Counted from the first letter of the stretch, positions 1 to 9,493 are shown. The stretch is 64,000 nt of DNA from a bacterium (GCA_963675755.2 CAXXMD010000003.1:2112001-2176000); one strand, 5' to 3'. Made by a program: numbers and translations. The notes: generated by a model not told the origin, from the sequence alone.

Positions 1-2
1 AA

Positions 3-224
3 GGTTATCATGAAACCTATCGTGGTGCTGACATTGAGGTGAATTTATTGAAAAAAATCCGTCTAGAAATTGCTGTCAATGAAGAATTTGTGGAATCGAC
101 AGTGGAAGGTATTATTGCGGGAGCTAAAACTGGAAACATTGGCGATGGAAAGATCTTTGTGATGTCGCTTGATGATTGTATTCGTATCCGCACCGGTGAA
201 ACCGGACACGATGCCATTGGTTAG
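3..224 (+). CDS. glnK: P-II nitrogen regulatory protein (5'-truncated by window edge)
   Basis: The frame is open from the window start: [25 protein letters not shown]...[11 protein letters not shown]...IRIRTGE. These are the P-II T-loop and C-terminal signatures. It lies directly upstream of amtB. Confidence 0.93.
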   Translation, partial: GYHETYRGADIEVNLLKKIRLEIAVNEEFVESTVEGIIAGAKTGNIGDGKIFVMSLDDCIRIRTGETGHDAIG

Positions 225-260
225 CAGAAATTATGAACTGATTGTAAAGGGAGATTTATA

Positions 261-1619
261 ATGAGAAAAAAGTTGCTTCTATTTTATGTGTTACTTGTGA
301 TGGCTATGTTGACTGTGCCGGCTTTTTCACAAGATGCTGCTGCATCTGGTGAGACAGCGGATGCGGTTGCCGCACTTGAAGAAAGTATGCAAAACAACCT
401 GAATATCGTTTGGACTGCCGTTGCGGCCTTTATGGTATTCTTTATGCAGGCCGGGTTCGCCATGGTTGAAGCCGGATTTACACGAGCCAAAAATGCCATA
501 AATATCATGATGAAAAATTTGATGGATTTTTCAATCGGTACGCTGGCCTTTTTTCTGGTTGGTTTTGGCTTGATGTTTGGTGTTACCAATGGTTTTTTTG
601 GAACAACCAATTTTCTCCTGCTGGGAACTGATCCCATGAGTAAGGACTGGAATTGGACATTTCTGATCTTTCAGACCGTATTCGCCGGTACGGCTGCTAC
701 CATTGTTTCTGGCGCCATGGCGGAACGGACAAAATTTACCAGTTATTTGATTTATAGTGTTTTTATTTGTGCAATTATTTACCCGATTTTTGGTTCATGG
801 GCCTGGGGCTCGTTACTGGATGGTAGCGGCTGGTTAGAAAACCTTGGTTTCCAGGATTTTGCAGGCTCTACAGTAGTTCACTCTATTGGTGGATGGTTGG
901 CACTTGCTGGTGCTATAGTTCTTGGACCCAGAATTGGTAAATACGGCCCGGATGGTTCAGCAAAAGCTATTCCTGGTCATAACATCACTTTGGCTGCTTT
1001 GGGTGTATTTATTCTCTGGTTTGGTTGGTTTGGTTTTAACCCTGGTAGTACCACATTTGGTGATGGAGACATTGGTCGTATTGCTGTAACTACAAACCTT
1101 TCAGCTGCAGCAGGTGCTGTGCTGGCAATGTTTACTTCATGGATCATTGACAAAAAACCAGATGCCTCAATGGCATTGAATGGTGCCCTGGCAGGATTGG
1201 TTGCAATTACTGCTCCTTGTGCTACAGTTACACCAATTGCATCCGTTATCATTGGTGCAATTGCAGGTGTCCTGGTTGTTGTCAGTGTTCTGTTTATTGA
1301 TAAAGTTCTTAAAGTTGATGATCCTGTTGGTGCTGTCAGTGTTCACGGTGTTAATGGTGCTTTTGGTACCCTGGCAATTGGATTGTTCAATGCAGATGGT
1401 GGCCTGTTCTACGGTGGCGGTTTCAAACTTTTAGGAATTCAGGCGCTTGGTGTTCTTGTAGGATTTGTTTGGGCTTTTGGACTGGGTTTGATTTTGTTCT
1501 GGACCATTAAAAAGACTGTTGGAATTCGCGTTAGTGAAGAAGAAGAACTTCGCGGTCTGGATATTGGCGAACACGGTATGGAAGCTTATAGTGGATTTCA
1601 GATTTTTACTACCCAATAA
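261..1619 (+). CDS. amtB: Ammonium transporter
   Basis: FFMQAGFAMVEAG, DFAGSTVVH and WFGWFGFN motifs, the second conserved His in AVSVHG, and C-terminal GLDIGEHG. RBS GGAG upstream. Confidence 0.97.
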   Translation: MRKKLLLFYVLLVMAMLTVPAFSQDAAASGETADAVAALEESMQNNLNIVWTAVAAFMVFFMQAGFAMVEAGFTRAKNAINIMMKNLMDFSIGTLAFFLVGFGLMFGVTNGFFGTTNFLLLGTDPMSKDWNWTFLIFQTVFAGTAATIVSGAMAERTKFTSYLIYSVFICAIIYPIFGSWAWGSLLDGSGWLENLGFQDFAGSTVVHSIGGWLALAGAIVLGPRIGKYGPDGSAKAIPGHNITLAALGVFILWFGWFGFNPGSTTFGDGDIGRIAVTTNLSAAAGAVLAMFTSWIIDKKPDASMALNGALAGLVAITAPCATVTPIASVIIGAIAGVLVVVSVLFIDKVLKVDDPVGAVSVHGVNGAFGTLAIGLFNADGGLFYGGGFKLLGIQALGVLVGFVWAFGLGLILFWTIKKTVGIRVSEEEELRGLDIGEHGMEAYSGFQIFTTQ

Positions 1620-1666
1620 AAATAACTCGCAGATTGCAAAACCTCCGTTCTATCTGATCCAAATAG

Positions 1667-1697
1667 AAACCCCCGCCGGTCAGGGCGGGGGTTTTTT
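1667..1697 (+). terminator. Intrinsic terminator after amtB
   Basis: Stem AAACCCCCGCC/GGCGGGGGTTT followed by a T-run. Confidence 0.85.
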
Positions 1698-1706
1698 GTA
1701 TTTATA

Positions 1707-1830
1707 CCTTGATTTAACCCAGATTAAAAAGATTAGACCTTGATTGAAAGAACTACCTTGATTAGAAGGATTAGAGGATTGCCCTGATTTAACCCTGATT
1801 AAAAGGATTAGCGGATTACCTTGATTTGAT
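1707..1830. repeat. GATT-periodic degenerate tandem repeat
   Basis: Two ~30-nt copies of CCYTGATTTAACCCWGATTAAAARGATTAG (1707-1736, 1782-1811) plus many short GATT units. Confidence 0.7.
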
Positions 1831-2025
1831 CTGTTTGCAATTTTAAAACAGTTGATTTTTCTCAAAAAATTGTGTGACCTGGGGATGTCGATTTTTTATA
1901 GTGGATAAAATTACAAACATATTGCATACCTGACGGTGTGTGTATATTTGGATTTTACGTTTCTCTCTAGATATATCGTCCCTAATGGGATAGCATGTGT
2001 GAAAACTAGAAAACAATTGTGTTTT

Positions 2026-2196
2026 TGGAGTGCATCGCGTTTATGCGATGCATCGGACCAATGGTCCGACATAAATTTGGCTTTTTAAACAATTATCAAG
2101 TAATTCGAGTGTTTTTTTGATTCAATATTTTCTTGAAAATATAGTTATATCAAGGCCGTCTGCGACGGCCCGAATGCCTTAAAGTGATGCACTCCA
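2026..2196. repeat. REP/MITE-like palindromic element
   Basis: Terminal 11-bp inverted repeat TGGAGTGCATC/GATGCACTCCA enclosing three perfect hairpins (2031-2052, 2053-2069, 2154-2170). Confidence 0.6.
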
Positions 2197-2520
2197 CACC
2201 ATTTTGACATTTTTCAAGCTCAATAAAATTAATCTATTTTCATACAGGCTGGGTATTTTAGGTTGAATGTTCTTTCGTTGGTATTGTATGTGTTAGAGAC
2301 GATTGGTTGTGCAAAGACCCCGTCAGGGGGCTGGTTGTTGTAGCAATGAACAAGTCAATGTTTTTTTCGTGTACCGTCTGGTGCGCTATCTGATAGAATA
2401 TTCGGATGGCATTTGAGCTAAAAGTGGTGGTCTCCGATACGTAAAAAATCATTCTCCTCGGGAACCCATTCCTGCTGTTTGGCGTTAGAGTTATTATTTC
2501 AAATTAAATTCAAAAAAGGG

Positions 2521-3369
2521 GTGTTTTTGAAAAAGGGGCTGCTTCTTTTATTGTTATTGTCCGGGTTTTCCTGTTCTCTTGATCCGGTTGTTCTCGATCC
2601 CGAAATTCGCGGGGATTATTTTGCGTATTGCACCTTGTCTCCAACGTATCCGTACCAGCAGGTGATCGTTGGCAAAACGTTCCCGGAAGATTATCCCGAG
2701 TATTATGACGACGCGCGGGTAGTGATTCGGTATAACGATCAAGCTGTTTCGTTTGAATCTGTAGGTGATGGAAAGTACCGGGATTTGAATGAACAGATAA
2801 AGGTGCTGCCTGAAACGGATTATGACCTTGAAGTGAAATTCAGCAGCGGCAATGTTTTGACCGCCCAAACACATGTGCCCGGGGCTTTTAATATTCATGT
2901 TTCAGATGGCGATACATTGAACCATTTTCTGTCGAGGGCCCATGACCCTTTAAAAAGTACCAGGATAGCCTGGAGTGAAAGCCGAAATTGTTATTATTAT
3001 ACCTGTATGTTTACATATATTGAATCAGATAAATTTTGGTCTTATAAAGTAGATTCATTTAGACAAAGTATATATTTACCATCATTGGGTTACAGATATG
3101 GTGAGACGCTATATGGTCATCATGTCGAATCCGCAACTTTATTCGTAGTGGCCAGAGATTCTTCCTTTGTTTTCAGACCTCAGGCAATGCGCCCCAATGA
3201 ACTGTATCAAGATTTTTTGCTTGAAGAAGAGCATCGTGATGCCAGGTATTTTGATTCTAAATATGAAAAAATGCACTTTCAGGGCGGTATGGGTGTATTT
3301 AATGCTGTTGCTATGGATTCGGTACGAATATTTTTAGCTATTGACGCGGATTGGGGGTTGCCGCAATGA
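2521..3369 (+). CDS. DUF4249-like lipoprotein (TonB-receptor partner)
   Basis: Lipobox-like LLSGFSC, the pattern G.Y...P...Y.L.V......LTAQTHVP, and C-terminal GGMGVF. ATGA overlap with the downstream receptor. Start codon uncertain (GTG 2521 or TTG 2527). Confidence 0.7.
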   Translation: MFLKKGLLLLLLLSGFSCSLDPVVLDPEIRGDYFAYCTLSPTYPYQQVIVGKTFPEDYPEYYDDARVVIRYNDQAVSFESVGDGKYRDLNEQIKVLPETDYDLEVKFSSGNVLTAQTHVPGAFNIHVSDGDTLNHFLSRAHDPLKSTRIAWSESRNCYYYTCMFTYIESDKFWSYKVDSFRQSIYLPSLGYRYGETLYGHHVESATLFVVARDSSFVFRPQAMRPNELYQDFLLEEEHRDARYFDSKYEKMHFQGGMGVFNAVAMDSVRIFLAIDADWGLPQ

Positions 3370-5789
3370 ATAAAGTGCCTGGTCGTTTAATATTGCTTAT
3401 TTCCTTTATTGTCTTTTCCGGTAATGTATATAGTGCTGTTGTGTCAGGAAAAGTTTATGATCACAAATCCGGCAAAGTGCTTTCAGGTGCAAATATATCT
3501 TTACAGCATTCGCAGGCAGGTACAGTTACAAACAGTGCAGGCAAGTTTAGTCTGACTGTCAAAGTTGTGGATACGCTCTGTGTCTCGTTTATGGGGTATA
3601 AAAGCGAATGTGTTGATTTGGCTCATGTGGCAGATTTGCGTAATATCAAAATCCGTTTAGAACCGGTGGTAATTGAAATGCCTGAAGTAGGTATAACCCG
3701 CGAGCGCCTTGGCGTTGAGCGTCGAATGGTCCGTATGGACCCGTCTATACGCGTCATAGATGCGGAAGCACTGCAATACCAACCGGCAATGGTCTTCCCT
3801 GATCTGTTTCGACTTTTGCAGCGCACACCGGGGGTGTCTTTTTCAAGCGAGGCGTCACCGCAATTGAGCGTGCGTGGCGGCAATACTGACCAGAACCTGG
3901 TGCTGCTCGATGGCGCACCCATTTATTATCCCTATCACTTTATGGGACTAGCAACCAGTTTCAATATGGATATGATAGATAATATTTATTTTTCTCTGGG
4001 CGGATTTTCGACCGCATACGGCAATCGCACCAGTTCGGTGCTCTCTATTCAATCGAAAACCCCCGGCAAAACGTTTAAAACACGCGCCAATCTCAATCTC
4101 ACCGGCGGGGATATAACTACCGGCGGAACGATTGGTAATAAATGGGCATGGCTGGCTTCGGGGCGGCTGGGTTCGCTCATGCTGCTAGGCTCAATGATCG
4201 ATGTGGGTATGCCTTCGGCCTATATGGACGGCTTGTTCAAGCTGGAATATTTTCCCGCGGATAACCAGATTGTGCGGTTTCTGTTGTTCGGTAATTCGGA
4301 CGGTATTGTGCAGTGGAGTGATGCCAACCATATGCTTTCCTCGTCTATTGACGACGATAGTAAAAAAGTGTACAAGAGAAGCAGTCTGGATTTAACCTGG
4401 GGGAATTGGGTTGGGTCGCTGTCATGGGAGAATAAATTAAATAAAGATATGCACCTAAAGACACAGTCCTGGCTGAGTGTGTATAACAATTCGTTCAACA
4501 ATTCCATTGACCCCCAATTACCGGATGATCTGGAACCCAAATTTAATGGAAGCAAATCAGAGTTTTTAAGCGGGATAGCAAAGGAGCGAGCAGAGATCGA
4601 AAACGATGTCAGGAACCGGTTTTATGATTTGACAGCCAAAACAGATATGGATTGGTCCATTTCCGAAAATCTGTTAATCAGGGGTGGTGTGGGTACCTCA
4701 CGTTTTATTACCAGGTATCATTGGTCCACCTATAGAAAAGAACTGCAAGAGCGGTTCAACCTGTTTTTCGATTACGCTCCACAAGACGGGTTTGACTGGG
4801 ACAAATCCTTTTATCAGCAATTTGGATACGCGGAAAACGAATGGCAAATATCAGATGAATTGCGCCTGCGGACCGGATTGCGAGCAGACAATTGGAGTTT
4901 TAATGACGGCGTGGTTTTGCAGCCAAGGGCCAGTGCAAGTTACCGGTTTTCTGATAATACACGCATGACACTGGCCGGAGGACGTTACGCGCAAGGTGTG
5001 TCTGCTGCGCTTGAAGAGGGGCTGGTGCAGTTTCTGGAATTGTACTTTCCGGTAGATGCCGGCAATTCGGTAGAGATATCGGACCAGGTTATAGCCGAGT
5101 TTTCCACAAAGTTCAAGGGGGTGGATGTTTCGTTTTCCGCGTATAACAAAACGATGAGCGGTTTGCTAAAGTCTGTCTATGGTGAGCAGCTTACCTTTGA
5201 TCAGGCGACGGGGCGCTCGCGGGGAGTTGAGGCGATGATAAGCACCAAGCTTGGCGGGTGGTCAGGTTGGGCCAGCTATGCCCTGAACCGCAGTGAGCGA
5301 GAATACGGGGGAATGACGTATCCTTCGCATACCGAGCAGCAGCATCGGGTTCAGGCCAGTCTGTCTAAGATATTCAAACGCGGTTACATGCTGTCGCTGT
5401 TCTGGGAAATACACAGTGGCCAGCCTTATAATCCCGGTGTGATATATGGGCTTAGGCCATTATGGGATGTTTACAGTTTGTCGCGTCCCCATAATCCTCA
5501 TGTGGGGCGTGAATTTCCATACGAAATGGATGTGCCGCCGGGTAGCATTCGCTATCCCTGGTACCATAGACTGGATATAAGTTTTGCCAAAGTGCTGAAT
5601 TTTAATGGAGCAACTGTAGCGCCGTTTTTCTCGGTTTACAATGCCTATTATCGCAAGAATGTGCTCTATTATGGTCCGCCGTTCCCGGATTTTGAGCTCA
5701 AGGATGGTGAATGGGTGAATCCCCACATTCACCGGGAGGTGACCTCCATGAGAATCGTACCAACGGCAGGTATCCGCTTTCAGTTTTAG
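3366..5789 (+). CDS. TonB-dependent receptor with N-terminal carboxypeptidase-regulatory-like domain
   Basis: SGKVYD...GTVTNSAGKF domain, plug motif SVRGGNTDQNLVLLDGAPIY, GGFSTAYGNRTSSV, C-terminal Phe. The ATG at 3366 overlaps the upstream stop. Confidence 0.9.
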   Translation: MNKVPGRLILLISFIVFSGNVYSAVVSGKVYDHKSGKVLSGANISLQHSQAGTVTNSAGKFSLTVKVVDTLCVSFMGYKSECVDLAHVADLRNIKIRLEPVVIEMPEVGITRERLGVERRMVRMDPSIRVIDAEALQYQPAMVFPDLFRLLQRTPGVSFSSEASPQLSVRGGNTDQNLVLLDGAPIYYPYHFMGLATSFNMDMIDNIYFSLGGFSTAYGNRTSSVLSIQSKTPGKTFKTRANLNLTGGDITTGGTIGNKWAWLASGRLGSLMLLGSMIDVGMPSAYMDGLFKLEYFPADNQIVRFLLFGNSDGIVQWSDANHMLSSSIDDDSKKVYKRSSLDLTWGNWVGSLSWENKLNKDMHLKTQSWLSVYNNSFNNSIDPQLPDDLEPKFNGSKSEFLSGIAKERAEIENDVRNRFYDLTAKTDMDWSISENLLIRGGVGTSRFITRYHWSTYRKELQERFNLFFDYAPQDGFDWDKSFYQQFGYAENEWQISDELRLRTGLRADNWSFNDGVVLQPRASASYRFSDNTRMTLAGGRYAQGVSAALEEGLVQFLELYFPVDAGNSVEISDQVIAEFSTKFKGVDVSFSAYNKTMSGLLKSVYGEQLTFDQATGRSRGVEAMISTKLGGWSGWASYALNRSEREYGGMTYPSHTEQQHRVQASLSKIFKRGYMLSLFWEIHSGQPYNPGVIYGLRPLWDVYSLSRPHNPHVGREFPYEMDVPPGSIRYPWYHRLDISFAKVLNFNGATVAPFFSVYNAYYRKNVLYYGPPFPDFELKDGEWVNPHIHREVTSMRIVPTAGIRFQF

Positions 5790-6175
5790 AACATTTTTGT
5801 AGGGCATCATAGGGGGTAGCTACGTTTTTGTAGGTATTCATGATATAGCATCCAAGTTACCCAATATTAGCCCTGTAATGCTGAATATCTGCATTCATTC
5901 CTGTACATAGTGGGAATAATGTACGTTTATTTTAGTTTTATATAGATAAATATAAGAAAATCCACACGAACCTTACAAAATCTGCATCCGAGAAAACCCC
6001 CGATTCGTTCATTTTTGTTGTTTTTTATTGGAATCATACAATATTGTTGCAAAACAGTGTAATTTGGGAAAAGTGGTGGAAAATTTTATTTTGGAGAGCT
6101 TGTCTCAAATGCTTTAAAAACAGTGCCTTGCGGAAAAGTTTATTTTCTATGAGATGAGGTTCTAATCCGTTTTTA

Positions 6176-6190
6176 TGGCACAGCCTTTGC
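6176..6190 (+). promoter_or_regulatory. Sigma-54 (-24/-12) promoter
   Basis: TGGCACAGCCTTTGC is an exact GG-N10-GC with TGGCAC and TTGC consensus. It lies 72 bp upstream of the TorF-like gene in a nitrogen cluster. Confidence 0.8.
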
Positions 6191-6262
6191 CAAAGGTAGG
6201 GTAAAGGCCGGCGAAAAATAGTTGATTTAAACACAACGAAATAGCCTTGAAAAGGAGGAGTC

Positions 6263-6958
6263 ATGAAACGGAACGTTACAAAAACATCGATCATTGGTAT
6301 TGTACTTTTATTGCTCATGTCAGCAAGTGTGGTTTCTGCAGCGGTAGAGTTTTCCGGTGATGCAACAATGGTTACCACATATGTATGGCGTGGAGTAAAA
6401 CAATACAGTGGTCCGGCAATGCAAGGTACCGCCGGTTTCAGTGCTGGTGCAGTTTCTTTTGGATTATGGTGCTCTAGTGTAGCTTTTGGCGACATTGAAG
6501 TTGAATCAGATCCTTATATTGAAATCGCTTTACCTACCGGTTCTGTATCTACATCAATTGGTGCTACCATTTACACCTATGATTTTTTTGACACATTCAA
6601 TGATGATGCCGATATGGAATATGAAATCTTTGGTACAGTTGGTTATGGTGCTGTTGGTTTATCCGCTTATTTTGTACCCAGTCAGGGAAGTACCGAGAAC
6701 AATTTGAATGAATCTGATTACTGGGTAGAAGTATCTGGTGAAACCTCTCTGATGGGAGCAGATTTGAGTGCAGTATTTGGTTATGGAACCTATTCCAGCA
6801 AATGGCTGGCAACACCCAAAGAAGACGCTGTAAGTACACTTGCTCTGACTGCCGGAAAAGCAGTATCTGATGATATCTCTGTAAGCTGGACTTATTCTCT
6901 TGGTCTGGATGATGATATGGAAAATATTCTGTGGATGGGATTCTCTTACGGTTTTTAA
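6263..6958 (+). CDS. TorF-family (Gcw_chp-like) putative outer-membrane porin
   Basis: Signal peptide, TTYVWRGVKQ..PAMQG motif typical of this family, beta-strand pattern ending in aromatic YGF. Strong RBS AGGAGGAG. Confidence 0.75.
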   Translation: MKRNVTKTSIIGIVLLLLMSASVVSAAVEFSGDATMVTTYVWRGVKQYSGPAMQGTAGFSAGAVSFGLWCSSVAFGDIEVESDPYIEIALPTGSVSTSIGATIYTYDFFDTFNDDADMEYEIFGTVGYGAVGLSAYFVPSQGSTENNLNESDYWVEVSGETSLMGADLSAVFGYGTYSSKWLATPKEDAVSTLALTAGKAVSDDISVSWTYSLGLDDDMENILWMGFSYGF

Positions 6959-7167
6959 GATCGTGAATCCTGGCACGCGATGATTTTTGTGCCTGGCCTG
7001 GATATTGGATATTGCTTAAATGTGGACTTGACGGGGTCACACTTGGTCAATACAGGACAGGCACTCTTTTTAAAGAAATCCCCGTCATATGTTCTTTGGT
7101 TTTAGACAATATATTTAAGATACATAATGCATGTTTTACTTTTCTTCAACTATTCCTTATTCTCCTG

Positions 7168-7205
7168 ATCAGGGGGCCCTTAACGGGCCCCTTGATACTT
7201 TTTTT
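7168..7205 (+). terminator. Intrinsic terminator/attenuator-like hairpin upstream of glnA
   Basis: ATCAGGGGGCCC-ttaac-GGGCCCCTTGAT followed by a T7 run, 86 nt before the glnA start. Confidence 0.75.
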
Positions 7206-7291
7206 AGAAAGGCAAAAAACGCGGCATGTATGAAAATATTGTAATATAGATAATTCATTAAATCCCCGTCATTTTACTAATAGGAGTTATT

Positions 7292-9487
7292 ATGTCTGAC
7301 AGTGCAACATCAAGATATCAAGCTTTGATGGAAATTGCTTCGCGGAATTCAGTAGCTTACGAACCCAGAGAAAAAGAAAATGCCAAAGTGTTTAACGAAA
7401 ACACCTTTAATGAAGAGGTAATGCGTGAACGTTTACCCAAAGATGTTTACAAGAAATTGCGCAATACCATCAAAACAGGTGAAAAGCTTGATCTAAGTAT
7501 CGCGAATACTGTTGCTCATGCCATGAAAGAATGGGCAATTGAAAAAGGCGTTAGTCATTTTACACACTGGTTCCAGCCGCAAACCGGATTGACCGCTGAA
7601 AAGCATGATGCCTTTTTGGAACTGGATGATGATAAAGTTGTAGAACGTTTCCGCGGAAACCAGTTGGTACAGGGTGAGCCGGATGCGTCTTCTTTTCCCA
7701 GTGGTGGTTCAAGAACTACTTTTGAAGCCCGTGGTTATACCATGTGGGACCCCTCCAGTCCTGCATTTATTGCAGAAGGACCCAGAGGCGGTATTTTGTG
7801 TATTCCTTCGGTATTTATCAGTTATACCGGTGAAGCTCTTGATAAAAAGACCCCGCTGCTTCGTTCAATGGAAGCTATTTCCACTTCTGCGTTAAAAGTA
7901 TTGAAATTGTTCGGTAGTGAAGCTACACGTGTTGTAACCACTATTGGAACAGAACAGGAATATTTTTTAATTGATAAATCTTTTTATAACCTGAGACCCG
8001 ACCTGCAGTTGACCGGCCGTACCCTGGTAGGCGCACAGCCGCCAAAAGGTCAGCAGTTGGACGATCACTATTTTGGTTCTATCAAAGAACGCGTGCTTGC
8101 ATTTATGCAGGATGCTGAAACTCAACTTTATAAGCTGGGAGTGCCCGCTAAAACACGTCACAACGAAGTGGCACCGCACCAGTACGAACTCGCTCCGATT
8201 TTTGCCGAAGCCAATGTGGGTTCAGACCGTAACCAGATGATCATGGAAGTTTTGAAAAAAGAAGCAAATCGACATGGTCTTGCATTACTGCTGCATGAAA
8301 AACCCTTTGCAGGAATCAATGGAAGCGGTAAGCACAACAACTGGTCAATGGCTGATTCTAATGGCAACAACTTGTTGGATCCCGGTGATACTCCGGAACA
8401 GAACCTGCAGTTCCTGGTATTCCTGGTATCAACCTTGCGTGCTGTTTATACCCATGGTGATCTGTTAAGAATGTCTATTGCTTCTGCCGGAAACGATCAT
8501 CGTTTGGGTGCTAATGAAGCGCCACCCGCAATTATCTCTGTATTCCTGGGTGAACGCTTGAGTGAAATTTTGGATGCTATTAAAGAAGGCAAGAGTGCCA
8601 AAGCAGCTGATGATTATATCATCGATCTTGGCCTTTCCAAATTACCTTCTGTTATTCGTGACAATACAGACCGTAACCGTACTTCTCCATTTGCGTTTAC
8701 CGGACAGAAATTTGAATTCCGCGCTATTGGTTCAAGTGCTTCTGTTTCATTGGCAAACACTGTACTGAGTGCCGCTGTTGCTGATTCAATTGATTTGATT
8801 TATGATGAAATTTCTAAACTGGTTTCTGGCGGTTCCGAGTTAAAAGATGCTGTATTAAAAGTACTGCAGAAATATGTTATTGAAACTGAACCCATTCGTT
8901 TTGAAGGTAACAACTATAGTGAAGAATGGGCAAAAGAAGCAGAAAAACGCGGATTACCAAACATTAAACGTACCGCTTATGCTTTGGATGCTTTTGTTAA
9001 AAAAGAAAATATGGAATTGTTGGAACGTCAAAAAATTTACTCAAAACGAGAAATTGAAGGACGTTACAATACAAAACTTGAACAATATGTTACCGCTTTG
9101 GAAATTGAATCCGAAACCTTTTTGAACATTGCATATACAATGATTCTGCCGGCCGCATTGGGTTACAAAGCTCAGTTGATTGATACGGTTAAAGGTATTA
9201 AAGAGCTGGATACCTTGCTGCCAAAAGGTTCGGCAAAAACCGAAGTTGAATTGTTGAAAACAGTTATCAGTGATATTGATAAAATCGAAAGTGGATGCAA
9301 AGACATTAAATCTGCTCTTGAAAAAGCTGAAGAAATTGAAGATCTGGAAAAGAAGGCGAAATTTGTTGCTGATAATATTGTTGATTTGTTGAATGATGTA
9401 CGTGTGCCAATTGACGCTCTGGAAAAAATCGTTCCGGATAATGTATGGCCACTGCCTAAATATTCTGAAATGTTGTTTATTATGTAA
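7292..9487 (+). CDS. glnA: Glutamine synthetase type III (GlnN-type)
   Basis: 731 aa with HFTHWFQP, AEKHDAF, EPDASSFPSGG, HNEVAP, HEKPFAGINGSGKHNNWS, HRLGANEAPP and DRNRTSPFAFTG motifs. Confidence 0.96.
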   Translation: MSDSATSRYQALMEIASRNSVAYEPREKENAKVFNENTFNEEVMRERLPKDVYKKLRNTIKTGEKLDLSIANTVAHAMKEWAIEKGVSHFTHWFQPQTGLTAEKHDAFLELDDDKVVERFRGNQLVQGEPDASSFPSGGSRTTFEARGYTMWDPSSPAFIAEGPRGGILCIPSVFISYTGEALDKKTPLLRSMEAISTSALKVLKLFGSEATRVVTTIGTEQEYFLIDKSFYNLRPDLQLTGRTLVGAQPPKGQQLDDHYFGSIKERVLAFMQDAETQLYKLGVPAKTRHNEVAPHQYELAPIFAEANVGSDRNQMIMEVLKKEANRHGLALLLHEKPFAGINGSGKHNNWSMADSNGNNLLDPGDTPEQNLQFLVFLVSTLRAVYTHGDLLRMSIASAGNDHRLGANEAPPAIISVFLGERLSEILDAIKEGKSAKAADDYIIDLGLSKLPSVIRDNTDRNRTSPFAFTGQKFEFRAIGSSASVSLANTVLSAAVADSIDLIYDEISKLVSGGSELKDAVLKVLQKYVIETEPIRFEGNNYSEEWAKEAEKRGLPNIKRTAYALDAFVKKENMELLERQKIYSKREIEGRYNTKLEQYVTALEIESETFLNIAYTMILPAALGYKAQLIDTVKGIKELDTLLPKGSAKTEVELLKTVISDIDKIESGCKDIKSALEKAEEIEDLEKKAKFVADNIVDLLNDVRVPIDALEKIVPDNVWPLPKYSEMLFIM

Positions 9488-9493
9488 TTTCTC

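Noticed and set aside
1707-2400. CRISPR array
   Set aside because: The repeats are degenerate and irregular, with no constant-length unique spacers and no cas genes.
6971-7015. Second sigma-54 promoter (TGGCACG at 6971, TGGCCTG at 6994)
   Set aside because: Neither has GC at the required GG-N10-GC position.
6034-7040. Minus-strand ORFs of 105-153 aa over the TorF-like gene
   Set aside because: Antisense shadows without RBS or motifs. The same applies to the many short overlapping ORFs elsewhere.
7012-7233. 73-aa ORF or leader peptide before glnA
   Set aside because: TTG start without an RBS, runs through the terminator hairpin, and has no Gln/Glu-rich tract or recognisable motif.
7020-7290. 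Known glutamine (glnA) riboswitch or ANTAR hairpins
   Set aside because: I could not find the conserved CGTT...GGAAG core or tandem hexaloop hairpins. Kept only as an unclassified candidate.
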